Below, piece after piece: positions 45,038 to 53,942 of a stretch of DNA of 57,171 nucleotides. Source of the stretch: Bacteroidales bacterium UBA6340 (lineage in GTDB: Bacteria > Bacteroidota > Bacteroidia > Bacteroidales > Paludibacteraceae); assembly GCA_002440265.1 (NCBI GenBank), contig DJSG01000031.1:1-57171 (forward strand), given 5' to 3'. The position numbers and the translations under genes are program-made. The notes beneath the pieces are model-generated. The model had not been told where the DNA came from. It saw nothing but the letters and a program-made list of their open reading frames with translations, and did not search any database. Position 1 is the first letter of the stretch; each line of letters starts with the position of its first letter.

Positions 45038-45090
45038 GATTCGAGGTGTCGAATCCGGTAGGCTGCAGACGTAAGCAGCCCGTGTTCTTT
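45038..45090 (+). ncRNA. candidate small RNA (two hairpins plus a U-rich tail)
   Basis: Starts about 7 nt after the -7 box. Hairpin 1 is gattcga-ggtg-tcgaatc. Hairpin 2 is ggctgc-agacgtaa-gcagcc, followed by cgtgttcttt. It is convergent with the kinase gene. Confidence 0.3.
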
Positions 45091-45125
45091 GACATGTGAA
45101 TAAAATTTATCGCGACAGCCGCATA

Positions 45126-46061
45126 TCAGCAGTATTGCGGAACCGTCATTTGCAGGGCATGCTGCAGGCAGGTAACCTTGCATGGCCCCATAATGTCCAT
45201 GATGATGCCGTCGGCTTCGAACATGAGGTGCTTCTTGGTGTTGAGCACCAGTTCGTCGGAGGTCATGGTGTGGATAAAGGGGAGTTCGGTCAGTTTGCCG
45301 TTGAAGAGTTTTGGGATGGCTTCTGTGATTTGTTTGAAGGTAGGCCGGGTGACAAACATTGAGTGGAAGATGCCATCGCAGGGATTTGCGTCGGGGTTGA
45401 GACGCATACCGCCCCCCACGTAAGGACCATTGGCGATATTCATAGCATACATCGGTCCCTCTGCTGCGGGTTGCCCGTCAGAGTCCAAGCGGACATGCAC
45501 GGACTTGTACTGCGCCAGCGCAAGGAAGAGGGCAAAGAAATAGTTAACATGGTGGCTGCCAATGTAATACTTCAGTTCGATAGCCAGTTTGCAGCACAAG
45601 GGGTCCACACCGAAGCCGACTGAATTGATGAAATATCGGTGGTGCTCAATGCCATTGCGCCAATAGGTAATACATCCGACATCAATGGGTTGCGCCTTTC
45701 CGTTGAAGAAGAGGTCGAGTGAGCGTTTGAAGTCCTTGTCGAGTTTCCAGTAGCGTGCGAAGTCGTTGCCTGTGCCTCGGGGCATGAGCCCGAACTGGAT
45801 TTTGGCACGTTGTTCGGCAGGGATATCCGCGCGCATAATGCCGTTGATGACTTCGCTGAGGGTTCCGTCGCCGCCAAGAACGAGGATTTGGTCGTAACCT
45901 TTCTCGACGAGTTCTCGCCCGAGTTCGATAGCATGACCGGCGTATTTAGTGACGCGATATGTAAAGGGCTGATGACGAGCCTTGAGCAATTTCCAAAGGT
46001 AGAGGCGTTGCGCACGAAAAGCACGTTTGCCCGACCTGGGATTTATGACAATTCCTAACAT
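45126..46061 (-). CDS. diacylglycerol/lipid kinase family protein (YegS-like)
   Basis: An internal ATG at 46061 gives MLGIVINPRSGK. GGDGTLSEVINGI and GTGNDFAR motifs. Confidence 0.85.
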   Translation of the reverse strand: MLGIVINPRSGKRAFRAQRLYLWKLLKARHQPFTYRVTKYAGHAIELGRELVEKGYDQILVLGGDGTLSEVINGIMRADIPAEQRAKIQFGLMPRGTGNDFARYWKLDKDFKRSLDLFFNGKAQPIDVGCITYWRNGIEHHRYFINSVGFGVDPLCCKLAIELKYYIGSHHVNYFFALFLALAQYKSVHVRLDSDGQPAAEGPMYAMNIANGPYVGGGMRLNPDANPCDGIFHSMFVTRPTFKQITEAIPKLFNGKLTELPFIHTMTSDELVLNTKKHLMFEADGIIMDIMGPCKVTCLQHALQMTVPQYC

Positions 46062-46127
46062 TTTTATTCTGTGCGTATTAGATAAGGAAACCCGTGTATT
46101 TCCCACCTTTAGTTCATAAAACGCTCG

Positions 46128-46135
46128 CAAAGGTA
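46128..46135 (-). promoter_or_regulatory. -7 box TAccTTTG (lipid kinase promoter)
   Basis: Plus-strand caaaggta, 67 nt upstream of the ATG at 46061. Confidence 0.45.
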
Positions 46136-46138
46136 GCA

Positions 46139-46176
46139 AAAAAAAAGCACACTACCAAAAAGTAGGTGCTTTTTTA
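46139..46176 (-). terminator. terminator after the rpmB-rpmG-DUF4295 genes
   Basis: Stem agcac(a)ctac/gtaggtgct with T-runs on both strands. Confidence 0.65.
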
Positions 46177-46193
46177 GCATATTCGTCTGCTAA

Positions 46194-46346
46194 TTACTTA
46201 AAATAAGTAGCAACTTTTTCATTCTCTACAATCTCCTCTTGGAAGATGTACGCCCCTGTTTTGGGGCTCTTGACCATCTTGATGCACTTGCTGTGGTTAC
46301 GTCCTGCAGTGCCGGTATGAAGGGTTGCGACCGCTTTCTTTGCCAT
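46194..46346 (-). CDS. DUF4295 family small protein (50 aa)
   Basis: Hand-translated MAKKAVATLHTGTAGRNHSKCIKMVKSPKTGAYIFQEEIVENEKVATYFK. It lies immediately downstream of rpmG, as in other Bacteroidetes. Below the ORF-track cutoff. Confidence 0.75.
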   Translation of the reverse strand: MAKKAVATLHTGTAGRNHSKCIKMVKSPKTGAYIFQEEIVENEKVATYFK

Positions 46347-46376
46347 AGTTCTAAGCCTTTCTCAATTAGGGGTTAA

Positions 46377-46565
46377 TTACTTGATTTCCTTGTGCAATGT
46401 GTACTTTTTGAGGATTGGGTTGTACTTCATGAGTTCCAAACGCTCGGGAGTATTCTTGCGGTTTTTGGTAGTGATGTAGCGCGATGTGCCGGGCATACCG
46501 CTTGCTTTGTGTTCAGTGCACTCAAGAATGACCTGTACACGAGCCTCTTTCGATTTCTTTGCCAT
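46377..46565 (-). CDS. rpmG: 50S ribosomal protein L33
   Basis: [20 protein letters not shown]...[31 protein letters not shown]. Confidence 0.95.
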   Translation of the reverse strand: MAKKSKEARVQVILECTEHKASGMPGTSRYITTKNRKNTPERLELMKYNPILKKYTLHKEIK

Positions 46566-46577
46566 ACTGCTTCCTCC

Positions 46578-46823
46578 TTATTCGTAGATTTTGATGTAAC
46601 CCTTCTCGGAAGCCTGCTTGAGGGCAGCATCGAGACCGATTTTGTTGATAGTTCTCAGACCGGCTGCACTCACGTTCAGCACAATCCATGCGTCCTGTTC
46701 TACCCAGTAGAACTTCTTGTGGAACAAGTTCACATCAAACGACCTCTTGGTGTGTCGTTTGGAATGCGAGACATTGCATCCCATCATGGCTTTCTTGCCT
46801 GTAATTTGACAAATCTTTGACAT
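46578..46823 (-). CDS. rpmB: 50S ribosomal protein L28
   Basis: [33 protein letters not shown]. Confidence 0.95.
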   Translation of the reverse strand: MSKICQITGKKAMMGCNVSHSKRHTKRSFDVNLFHKKFYWVEQDAWIVLNVSAAGLRTINKIGLDAALKQASEKGYIKIYE

Positions 46824-47008
46824 TTTATTTTTATTTTAGTTATTTTCTTTGCAGTATCCGCTCATAAATCCCCGATGACAATCTCCTACATAGTTCCCCC
46901 GTTCTTCTCCGCATCCCTACTCCACTCCTGCCGCCTAACCGATTAGTATTCAGCAAAAACGACGGCGCAACACGGCTCAAGCGAGCCTACTCTACGCGAA
47001 AAATCGTG

Positions 47009-47016
47009 CAAAGTTA
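47009..47016 (-). promoter_or_regulatory. -7 box TAacTTTG (rpmB operon promoter)
   Basis: Plus-strand caaagtta. It implies a leader of about 175 nt. Confidence 0.4.
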
Positions 47017-47121
47017 CAATAATTTTTCCATATAGCCAAATTCATTTGCTTTTTTTTCTGCGAAATGGTTCTTTTGCCCTACAAAATGCCACCGATGTAT
47101 GGATATGGAGTAAAAAAAGCG

Positions 47122-47129
47122 TATCTTTG
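47122..47129 (+). promoter_or_regulatory. -7 box TAtcTTTG
   Basis: aaagcgtatctttgcaaaa. It lies only 5 nt before the first ATG of the ORF, which argues for the ATG at 47153 as the true start. Confidence 0.5.
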
Positions 47130-47152
47130 CAAAAATGATGGTTTTACAGCGT

Positions 47153-48412
47153 ATGAAAACGAACAGAACAGCGATAAGAAAGAGTTTCGTATTGGGTTTG
47201 TGCCTGCTGCTGACGCCATTTGCCTTTGCTGCGATAGATATGCAAGCGCACGTGGCATCGGACGAGGGTAAAGATGCATACACAGATTACACAAGCAAGC
47301 AAACAGCCTATTACACAGGCAGTTGGAGTTTTGACGTATTGTATAACCTGCAAGGTGATGCGCTGTTTGGCGAGTTGAACGCCTTGATGGGACGGACTTG
47401 CCGAATAGCAGGTAGCGATTTCAGTTATGGCAGTTTGCGCAAAAACTACGTGAAAGTGGACCGAGATTTGAATGCTCAAGGCAAGATAATCGGTTACTAT
47501 GACGGCAGACAGATGAATGGAGCATGGGGGTCCGGATACAACCGTGAGCATACATGGCCGCAGTCGAAGGGCGCAAACAAGAGTATTCCGATGGGGCATG
47601 ATATGCAGTCGGTGCGCCCGACAAGCACGAGTGTCAATTCGGAGCGCGGCAATACAGCGTATGGAGAGGGGTCATCGTACTATGACCCTGATGATGTGGA
47701 GATAGACAACAGTGCTTACAAATCCGTAAATATGGGTACATACCGCGGAGATGCTGCGCGTGTGATATTGTACGACTACATCGTGTACGGCGAAGCAGGA
47801 GGGCACAAGAGCAGTTTGTACAACGGGAACGCTCAGTTGCTCAGCAAGTTAGGCGGTAAGGGTGTGTTTGAGTCGCTTCGTGTGCTGCTGAAATGGCACA
47901 TGCAAGACCCGCCGTCGCTGACAGAGATGGTACGTAATGACGGCGCACAGGACTACCAAGGCAACCGTAATCCGTTTATAGACTACCCCGAATTGGCCAT
48001 TCAGATGTTGCGCAACAACAGCAATCTGACCACTTATGAGGTGTCGTACCGGATTAAGGAGACGGCATCCCCGCGCTATCAATACACGCTGACGGACGGT
48101 TTTGTCACCTACCTCACTGCGGCAAACGGTACGCACCCCGAACAAGTGAGCGTTACAGGAGGTCAGGCACAATACGATGCCACCCTCGGACGGCTAATCG
48201 TGAAGAATATCACCGGTAATCTCACCATCACCACGGACGCAACGGCCGATATTGATGTCATTGCCACTGACAGAGCCATCACTATCTATACTATTACGGG
48301 TGTGAAAGTGTGCGAGACCACAGAGGGTGAATTGCACAATGCTTTGCAACAGTTAGGTGTCGGGACTTATATCCTGCGCCAAGGCAACAACAGTCGCAAA
48401 GTGGTTCGTTGA
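47153..48412 (+). CDS. secreted endonuclease I family nuclease with a T9SS-like C-terminal domain
   Basis: Signal peptide MKTNRTAIRKSFVLGLCLLLTPFAFAA. YNREHTWPQS and NRNPFIDYPE motifs of Endonuclease_1. C-terminus ITIYTITGVKV...LGVGTYILR. Confidence 0.8.
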   Translation: MKTNRTAIRKSFVLGLCLLLTPFAFAAIDMQAHVASDEGKDAYTDYTSKQTAYYTGSWSFDVLYNLQGDALFGELNALMGRTCRIAGSDFSYGSLRKNYVKVDRDLNAQGKIIGYYDGRQMNGAWGSGYNREHTWPQSKGANKSIPMGHDMQSVRPTSTSVNSERGNTAYGEGSSYYDPDDVEIDNSAYKSVNMGTYRGDAARVILYDYIVYGEAGGHKSSLYNGNAQLLSKLGGKGVFESLRVLLKWHMQDPPSLTEMVRNDGAQDYQGNRNPFIDYPELAIQMLRNNSNLTTYEVSYRIKETASPRYQYTLTDGFVTYLTAANGTHPEQVSVTGGQAQYDATLGRLIVKNITGNLTITTDATADIDVIATDRAITIYTITGVKVCETTEGELHNALQQLGVGTYILRQGNNSRKVVR

Positions 48413-48432
48413 CATATCTTCCCTATACAACT

Positions 48433-48984
48433 ATGACTGAGAAAGAAAAGATGTTGGCAGGACAAGTGTACAATGCCTGCGACCCCGAAGTGATAACCGA
48501 ACTCAACGCCTGCAAGGACTTGATTTGGCGATACAACAATATCCAACCGACACATCTTGATGAGCGCAAACAGATGTTGCAGCAGATATTGGGGGAATGT
48601 GATGAATATGTGTTTATCAACCAGCCGTTTTATTGCGACTATGGCAAACATATCCGCGTGGGAAAGCGTTTCTTTGCTAACTTTCATTTTACCGTATTAG
48701 ACGAGGCACTTGTAACCATCGGAGATGATGCTTTCATCGGTCCGAATGTATCTATCTACACAGCCTGCCACAGCACCGATCCCAAGGAACGTAACACACG
48801 GCAAGAGTGGGCGAAGCCTGTTACAATTGGCAATAACTGCTGGATTGGGGGTTCGGTGACTATCCTGCCCGGGGTAACGATAGGCGACAACTGCACCATT
48901 GGCGCAGGTTCGGTGGTGGTGAATGACATCCCCGCCAATTCAATAGCCGTGGGTAATCCCTGTAGAGTAGTAAAAACGCTGTAA
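48433..48984 (+). CDS. sugar (maltose/galactoside) O-acetyltransferase, left-handed beta-helix
   Basis: MTEKEKMLAGQVYNA N-terminus. Hexapeptide repeats IGNNCWIGGSVTILPGVTIGDNCTIGAGSVV. Confidence 0.85.
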   Translation: MTEKEKMLAGQVYNACDPEVITELNACKDLIWRYNNIQPTHLDERKQMLQQILGECDEYVFINQPFYCDYGKHIRVGKRFFANFHFTVLDEALVTIGDDAFIGPNVSIYTACHSTDPKERNTRQEWAKPVTIGNNCWIGGSVTILPGVTIGDNCTIGAGSVVVNDIPANSIAVGNPCRVVKTL

Positions 48985-48989
48985 TTGAG

Positions 48990-49799
48990 ATGATAGATAC
49001 ACATTGCCATATAGACGACCCGCAGTACGCAGAGGAGTTGGATGCGTTTATCGCCGCCCAAAAGGCAGGTGGAGTTGAGTGCATCCTTGTTCCCGGAGTG
49101 GACGAGACTTCAATCCACACTGTATTGGAAGTATGCAAACACTATCCGAAGTATCTTTATCCCGCTTTGGGGCTGCACCCTGAGAATGTACGAAAGGATT
49201 GGCAAATACAGTTGGAGCAGTTGCATAGTGCAATAGCAGTATGTATGGCATCGACACAACCACTGGTGGCAATAGGTGAGGTGGGATTGGATTATCATTT
49301 TGACACGACATACAAATACGAGCAGCAGGAAGTGCTGCGCAGGCAGATGCGATGGGCTGAGGAGTGGCAACTGCCCGTGATGATTCACAGTAGGGACGCA
49401 ACTGAGGATTGCTTGTCACTCTTGCGGGAGTTTCCGACAGTAGAAGGAGTGATGCATTGTTTCAGCGGGAGTCGTGAGACTGCCGAGCAGGTACTGCGAA
49501 TGGGGTACTACTTAGGCATCGGGGGCGTGCTGACTTTCAAGAACTGCAAATTGGCAGATACCTTGGTCTCGGTACCGTTGGAGCGCATCGTGCTTGAGAC
49601 AGACTCCCCCTATATGGCACCAGTACCCCACAGGGGAGAAAGGAATGAGAGCAGGTGGATGTCGTTTGTTGTGCAACGTTTGGCAGAAGTGTACCATTGT
49701 TCACCGGAAGAAGTAGATAAGGCAACGACAGCGAATGCAAAACGGTTGTTCGGAGTGATTCAGAGATGCCAAGAAGAGGCAAACAATCTCAAGAAATGA
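48990..49799 (+). CDS. tatD: TatD family hydrolase
   Basis: MIDTHCHID metal-binding start. EVGLDYH, VMIHSRD and ETDSPYMAP motifs. Confidence 0.9.
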   Translation: MIDTHCHIDDPQYAEELDAFIAAQKAGGVECILVPGVDETSIHTVLEVCKHYPKYLYPALGLHPENVRKDWQIQLEQLHSAIAVCMASTQPLVAIGEVGLDYHFDTTYKYEQQEVLRRQMRWAEEWQLPVMIHSRDATEDCLSLLREFPTVEGVMHCFSGSRETAEQVLRMGYYLGIGGVLTFKNCKLADTLVSVPLERIVLETDSPYMAPVPHRGERNESRWMSFVVQRLAEVYHCSPEEVDKATTANAKRLFGVIQRCQEEANNLKK

Positions 49800-49860
49800 A
49801 AGAAAATGCATTTTTCGTTATTTTTTTTGCCAAACATTTGGTGGGTTCGAAAAAAAGCAG

Positions 49861-49868
49861 TACCTTTG
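49861..49868 (+). promoter_or_regulatory. -7 box TAccTTTG (tRNA cluster promoter)
   Basis: catTTTGgtgggttcgaaaaaaagcagTACCTTTGcaccc, with 20-nt spacing to the -33 TTTG. Confidence 0.6.
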
Positions 49869-49908
49869 CACCCGCTTTCGAGAAGAGAGTGAGTGTTCTT
49901 AACTTTTT

Positions 49909-49981
<73 letters not shown>

Positions 49982-49991
49982 CAAGGAGGAA

Positions 49992-50016
49992 AGCAGGACC
50001 ACGTTCCTGCTTTTTT
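49992..50016 (+). terminator. terminator-like hairpin between tRNA-Gly and tRNA-Leu
   Basis: Stem agcagga/tcctgct followed by tttttt. Confidence 0.4.
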
Positions 50017-50028
50017 ACTCTGAATGCA

Positions 50029-50110
50029 GCCCGGGTGGCGGAATTGGTAGACGCGTACGTTTCAGGTGCGTATGTCGCGAGGCGTGCAGGTTCGAGTCCT
50101 GTTCCGGGCA
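50029..50110 (+). tRNA. tRNA-Leu (anticodon CAG)
   Basis: Acceptor GCCCGGG/TCCGGGC, anticodon arm TACGT-TTCAGGT-GCGTA, long variable arm, T-arm GCAGG-TTCGAGT-CCTGT. Confidence 0.9.
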
Positions 50111-50175
50111 CAAGAGTGGTCTTACACATCGGTTTCTCCGCGATGTAATGTCGTGAGAGTGATATTCCGATGAAT

Positions 50176-50262
50176 GCGCAGGTGGTGAAATTGGTATACA
50201 CGCTACTTTGAGGGGGTAGTGGTCGCAAGATCGTGTGAGTTCGAGTCTCATCCTGCGCACCA
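50176..50262 (+). tRNA. tRNA-Leu (anticodon GAG), CCA encoded
   Basis: Acceptor GCGCAGG/CCTGCGC, anticodon arm CTACT-TTGAGGG-GGTAG, long variable arm, 3' ACCA. Confidence 0.9.
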
Positions 50263-50267
50263 ACAAA

Positions 50268-50302
50268 AGAGATTGTCTGATAGTACGGACAGTCTCTTTT
50301 TG
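50268..50302 (+). terminator. terminator after the tRNA cluster
   Basis: A 10-bp stem agagattgtc/gacagtctct (one G-U pair) followed by ttttt. Confidence 0.7.
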
Positions 50303-50419
50303 ATTTGAGAGGGCTATGGTATCAGCCGTCATGCGGTATAGATACTATGGTTGTGCGGTATGAATGCCATTGTAATGTGGTATGGATGCCATTGCAGAGA
50401 AAAAGGACAAAGTACAGAT

Positions 50420-51202
50420 ATGGAAAGGACACCCGAACAGATAGAGTATATCCGGTTGCAATCACGTATCACAAAGCGTTTTCATAAGGCTTGTGCGGAC
50501 TATGGACTCATCACCGATGGAGACCATATATTGGTAGGTCTTAGCGGCGGCAAGGACTCGCTGGCGTTGGTGGAACTGTTAGGCAGGCGGGCGCAAGTGT
50601 ATGTGCCGCGTTTTCAGGTTACCGCCGTACACGTGCGCGTAAAGGAGCGTGACTATCAGAGTGATATGTCGTATTTGGAGGATTTCTGCAAGGCAGCGAA
50701 AGTGCCACTCATAGTACGGGATACCGAGATAGCAGATGTTCCTCGCGAACTCATAACGGGAAAAGTGGCGCACAAGCAGAAAGACCCGTGCTTCTTGTGT
50801 GCGTGGTACAGGCGGAAGGCGTTGTTTGAGGCGGCGCAAACGTTGGGGTGCAATAAGATAGCCTTGGGGCATCATAAGGACGATATAGTGGAGACGCTAT
50901 TGATGAACCTTATCTTTCAGGGAAGTATAGGCACGATACCGCCACTGCTGCAAATGGAGAAGATGCCCATACAGATGATACGTCCGCTGTGTCTGATAGA
51001 AGAGAAAGACTTGCAGCGGTATGCAGAACTGTCAGGGTATCAGAAGCAAGTGAAGTTCTGCCCGTTTGAAAAGGAGAGCAGTCGTGCCGAGGTGAAACAA
51101 CTATTGCAACAGTTGGAGCGGCTCAATCCCAATGTACGGGATTCGGTGTGGGGTGCGATGGAGAATATAAAAACAGACTATCTTCCGAAAAAGAAAAACT
51201 GA
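50420..51202 (+). CDS. ttcA: tRNA 2-thiocytidine biosynthesis protein TtcA (PP-loop ATPase)
   Basis: An internal ATG at 50420 gives MERTPEQIEY. PP-loop LVGLSGGKDS. CFLCAWYRR Cys motif. Confidence 0.85.
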   Translation: MERTPEQIEYIRLQSRITKRFHKACADYGLITDGDHILVGLSGGKDSLALVELLGRRAQVYVPRFQVTAVHVRVKERDYQSDMSYLEDFCKAAKVPLIVRDTEIADVPRELITGKVAHKQKDPCFLCAWYRRKALFEAAQTLGCNKIALGHHKDDIVETLLMNLIFQGSIGTIPPLLQMEKMPIQMIRPLCLIEEKDLQRYAELSGYQKQVKFCPFEKESSRAEVKQLLQQLERLNPNVRDSVWGAMENIKTDYLPKKKN

Positions 51203-51208
51203 TTGGTT

Positions 51209-51577
51209 ATGAATGGATTATATACAGTATTGCTGTTGATTTGCTCGAATGTGTTTATGACATTGGCATGGTACGGGCACCTGAAATTGGGGGAGTTGTC
51301 GTGGTTTCAGAAGTGGCCGATGATAGCGGTGATAGCGTTCTCGTGGGGCATTGCGTTCTTTGAGTACTGCCTGCAGGTGCCAGCCAACAGGATAGGTTTT
51401 GAGGGTAACGGCGGTCCGTTCAGTCTGATGCAACTGAAAGTGATACAAGAGGTTATCACACTGACGGTGTTCGTGGTGTTCTCGATGCTGGCATTTCATA
51501 CGCAGTTGCGGTGGAACCACTTGGTGGCTGCCTTGTGTCTGATAGCAGCCGTGTATTTTGTGTTCGGGTTCAAGTAA
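51209..51577 (+). CDS. DMT family (DUF486) membrane protein
   Basis: An ATG at 51209 gives MNGLYTVLLLICSNVFMTLAWYGHLK. Four TM segments. Confidence 0.8.
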   Translation: MNGLYTVLLLICSNVFMTLAWYGHLKLGELSWFQKWPMIAVIAFSWGIAFFEYCLQVPANRIGFEGNGGPFSLMQLKVIQEVITLTVFVVFSMLAFHTQLRWNHLVAALCLIAAVYFVFGFK

Positions 51578-51580
51578 ACA

Positions 51581-52981
51581 CTACCGAACCATACGTCCAA
51601 GCAGGTCATAGTAGTGTCCGCCACGGAAGATGAGCACTTGTCCGTGGTGCAGCGTCTTTTGCGGGGTGCTGCTCTCTACAGGTATTTGTGGTATATCCGT
51701 GGTTCCGCGGTAAGCAGCCAAAGCATCCGGTATGCCGTAGCCATAGTGGTCGTCGGGACTTGCATAGAGGTGCGCGGAACAAATGATACGTTCCCGTATC
51801 TGCATGGCACTCTCATTGGGCAGGGCAGACCAAAGGCAGGCTGCCATACCCGCAAGGAGCGGGCAGGCAAAGGATGTGCCATTGGAGGCAACTATCTCAT
51901 TGTTGCTTGGTTGGATTAGAGCCGTTCCCCAACCTACGGCACAGACTTCGGGTTTGATACGTCCGTCGGAAGTGGGTCCATACGATGAGAACGGGGCGAT
52001 ATAGCCGTCTGTATCCACGGCTCCTACCGTAAGTATGCTATCCGCATCGGCAGGGGCACTGATGTAGTACCAAGGCTTAGTGCCCTCATTGCCTGCGGCT
52101 ACGATGACCAACATGCCTTTGCGTGCTGCAATGGTGGCTGCGCGAGAGGCACGGTTGCTACGCCCATCCATATCCTGATAGGTGAAGTTGTAGTCGGGAT
52201 TGTCGAACTCGGTATAGCCCAACGAGGTGGAAGAGATATGCACACCCAACGAGTCAGCTAACTCAATGGCTGCCACCCAGTTGTCCAATTCTTTCGGACT
52301 TTCGGTGTCAGCCTCTTCGGTGCGCATGATATAGTACTGCGCACCTGTGGCTGCACCATGGTAGTTCTCCCGAACAGCAGCAATAGCGGACACGCACATA
52401 GTGCCGTGGAAGCCCATGCTGCCAAAGAAGTCATACGGGTCGTCCGTGAGGTCGTAATGCCCAAGTATCCGGGTACGGACAGAGTCGAAAGCCTGTAAGG
52501 TGGTGGCATTCTCGAAACCCCCGTCGATTATCGCCATGCGAATACCCTGACCGTGATAGCCCAAGTTGTGCAAAGGCGGCAGGTTGTACGTCTCTAATTG
52601 CTTGCGGGCATAACCATAGTCTATGGCGGAGGTGGTATCTCTCTGCTGTTTGCGACGGCTGATGTATCTGGGATAAGCCTGTTCATCGTCGCGTGTCTTC
52701 TCGATGTATTGCACAAACGGATATGCCGCTATGCGCTTGGCTGCTGTGGAGTCTGCCTTGACGGTGGCACCATTCATCCAGCGGGAAGTGTGCATGATGT
52801 CGGCACCTGCCTTTTGCAGACTGTCAAGATACGCAGGAGATACGGCATAGTCCAAGGAGTCGAGGGCTATATGGTACGCTTCGCGCATCTCAAGTGCCGT
52901 GGGGCTGAGAGCAATACGGTCGGAACCCGCCTTGTCGGCAAAGGCAACGAAATAAACAGATAGTAAAGAAGTTAGCAACAT
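51581..52981 (-). CDS. S8 family (subtilisin-like) serine peptidase, secreted
   Basis: Catalytic triad contexts MAIIDGGF, HGTMCVS and GTSFACP. C-terminal tail HHGQVLIFRGGHYYDLLGRMVR. Confidence 0.85.
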   Translation of the reverse strand: MLLTSLLSVYFVAFADKAGSDRIALSPTALEMREAYHIALDSLDYAVSPAYLDSLQKAGADIMHTSRWMNGATVKADSTAAKRIAAYPFVQYIEKTRDDEQAYPRYISRRKQQRDTTSAIDYGYARKQLETYNLPPLHNLGYHGQGIRMAIIDGGFENATTLQAFDSVRTRILGHYDLTDDPYDFFGSMGFHGTMCVSAIAAVRENYHGAATGAQYYIMRTEEADTESPKELDNWVAAIELADSLGVHISSTSLGYTEFDNPDYNFTYQDMDGRSNRASRAATIAARKGMLVIVAAGNEGTKPWYYISAPADADSILTVGAVDTDGYIAPFSSYGPTSDGRIKPEVCAVGWGTALIQPSNNEIVASNGTSFACPLLAGMAACLWSALPNESAMQIRERIICSAHLYASPDDHYGYGIPDALAAYRGTTDIPQIPVESSTPQKTLHHGQVLIFRGGHYYDLLGRMVR

Positions 52982-52994
52982 ACGGTACTATGAT

Positions 52995-53711
52995 TTAGAC
53001 AGTGAAAAAGAGGTATATGCTCAAGCCTATCATACAGGCAGCCACGATACGCTGGTAGATCTTGGTGTGGAAGCGGCGAATGGTGTGCATGGCTACCATA
53101 TTGCCCACAATCATCGTAACGGCAATCAGGGCACCGTTGAGGAGAATATCCGTATTGACAAGGTCTAACTTGTTGTACACTATAATCTTGATAATGTGCA
53201 TGATACTTGCGGCTGTCGCTTCACTGGCGATATAGGCAACAGGTGCCAAGTCCAAGGTCAGGAAACAGGCTGAGGAGAGAGGTCCTGACAGTCCGAGCAT
53301 ACCATTGACAAAACCCGTGACACCTCCGCCGATGAGCATGGTGGCAGGGCGGTGGGGCAGGTTCATCTTGCCCATAATCTTCATAACAGCAAAGACAATA
53401 AGGAATACACAGAGTATTCTGCCCATCAGTTGCTTGTCCGCAAAGCCGAAGCCGATGGCTCCCAAGGCTGTGAGCGGGGCTGCGGTGATGAGGAAGAACC
53501 CAACCTGTTTCCACGCTATATCGCGCCAGCCCATCAGCACTTTGCTCAGGTTACTGCCCAGTTGGGCAATGGTACAGATGGGTACAGCGACTCCTATGCC
53601 ATAGAGCGAGGTTACTACGGGGAGCAGTACCATGCCGCCACCGAAACCGACGGCTCCCGAAAGGAGTCCTGCAATCAACCCTGCCAATAATAATATCCAA
53701 TTCATACCCAT
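52995..53711 (-). CDS. sulfite exporter TauE/SafE family membrane protein
   Basis: Seven to eight TM segments. GAVGFGGGMVLLPV signature. Confidence 0.85.
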   Translation of the reverse strand: MGMNWILLLAGLIAGLLSGAVGFGGGMVLLPVVTSLYGIGVAVPICTIAQLGSNLSKVLMGWRDIAWKQVGFFLITAAPLTALGAIGFGFADKQLMGRILCVFLIVFAVMKIMGKMNLPHRPATMLIGGGVTGFVNGMLGLSGPLSSACFLTLDLAPVAYIASEATAASIMHIIKIIVYNKLDLVNTDILLNGALIAVTMIVGNMVAMHTIRRFHTKIYQRIVAACMIGLSIYLFFTV

Positions 53712-53814
53712 ACCTTACAATACGTTATTATTCTATCGTTGGTAACGCAACTGACTACTACAAAAAGCATACCGAATACACTATTGTAGTCATATGTCAT
53801 CACCAATCACGGTG

Positions 53815-53822
53815 CAAAGGTA
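53815..53822 (-). promoter_or_regulatory. -7 box TAccTTTG
   Basis: Plus-strand caaaggta, 104 nt upstream of the ATG at 53711. Confidence 0.4.
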
Positions 53823-53942
53823 CAACAATTTTGCTATTTTTGTTGGGAAAGTATTACCAAAAATGACAGAAAAAAGAACCTGTTACAAACAACAGAGACG
53901 CACCTCTTTGGCGCGTCTCCATTGTATATTGGTACTTGCGTA

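Noticed and set aside
45038-45090. SRP (4.5S) RNA, because of the GTAAGCAGCC segment
   Set aside because: It lacks the conserved GGUCCGGAAGGAAGCAGC domain IV symmetric-loop sequence. It is also too short. It is kept only as an unclassified sRNA candidate.
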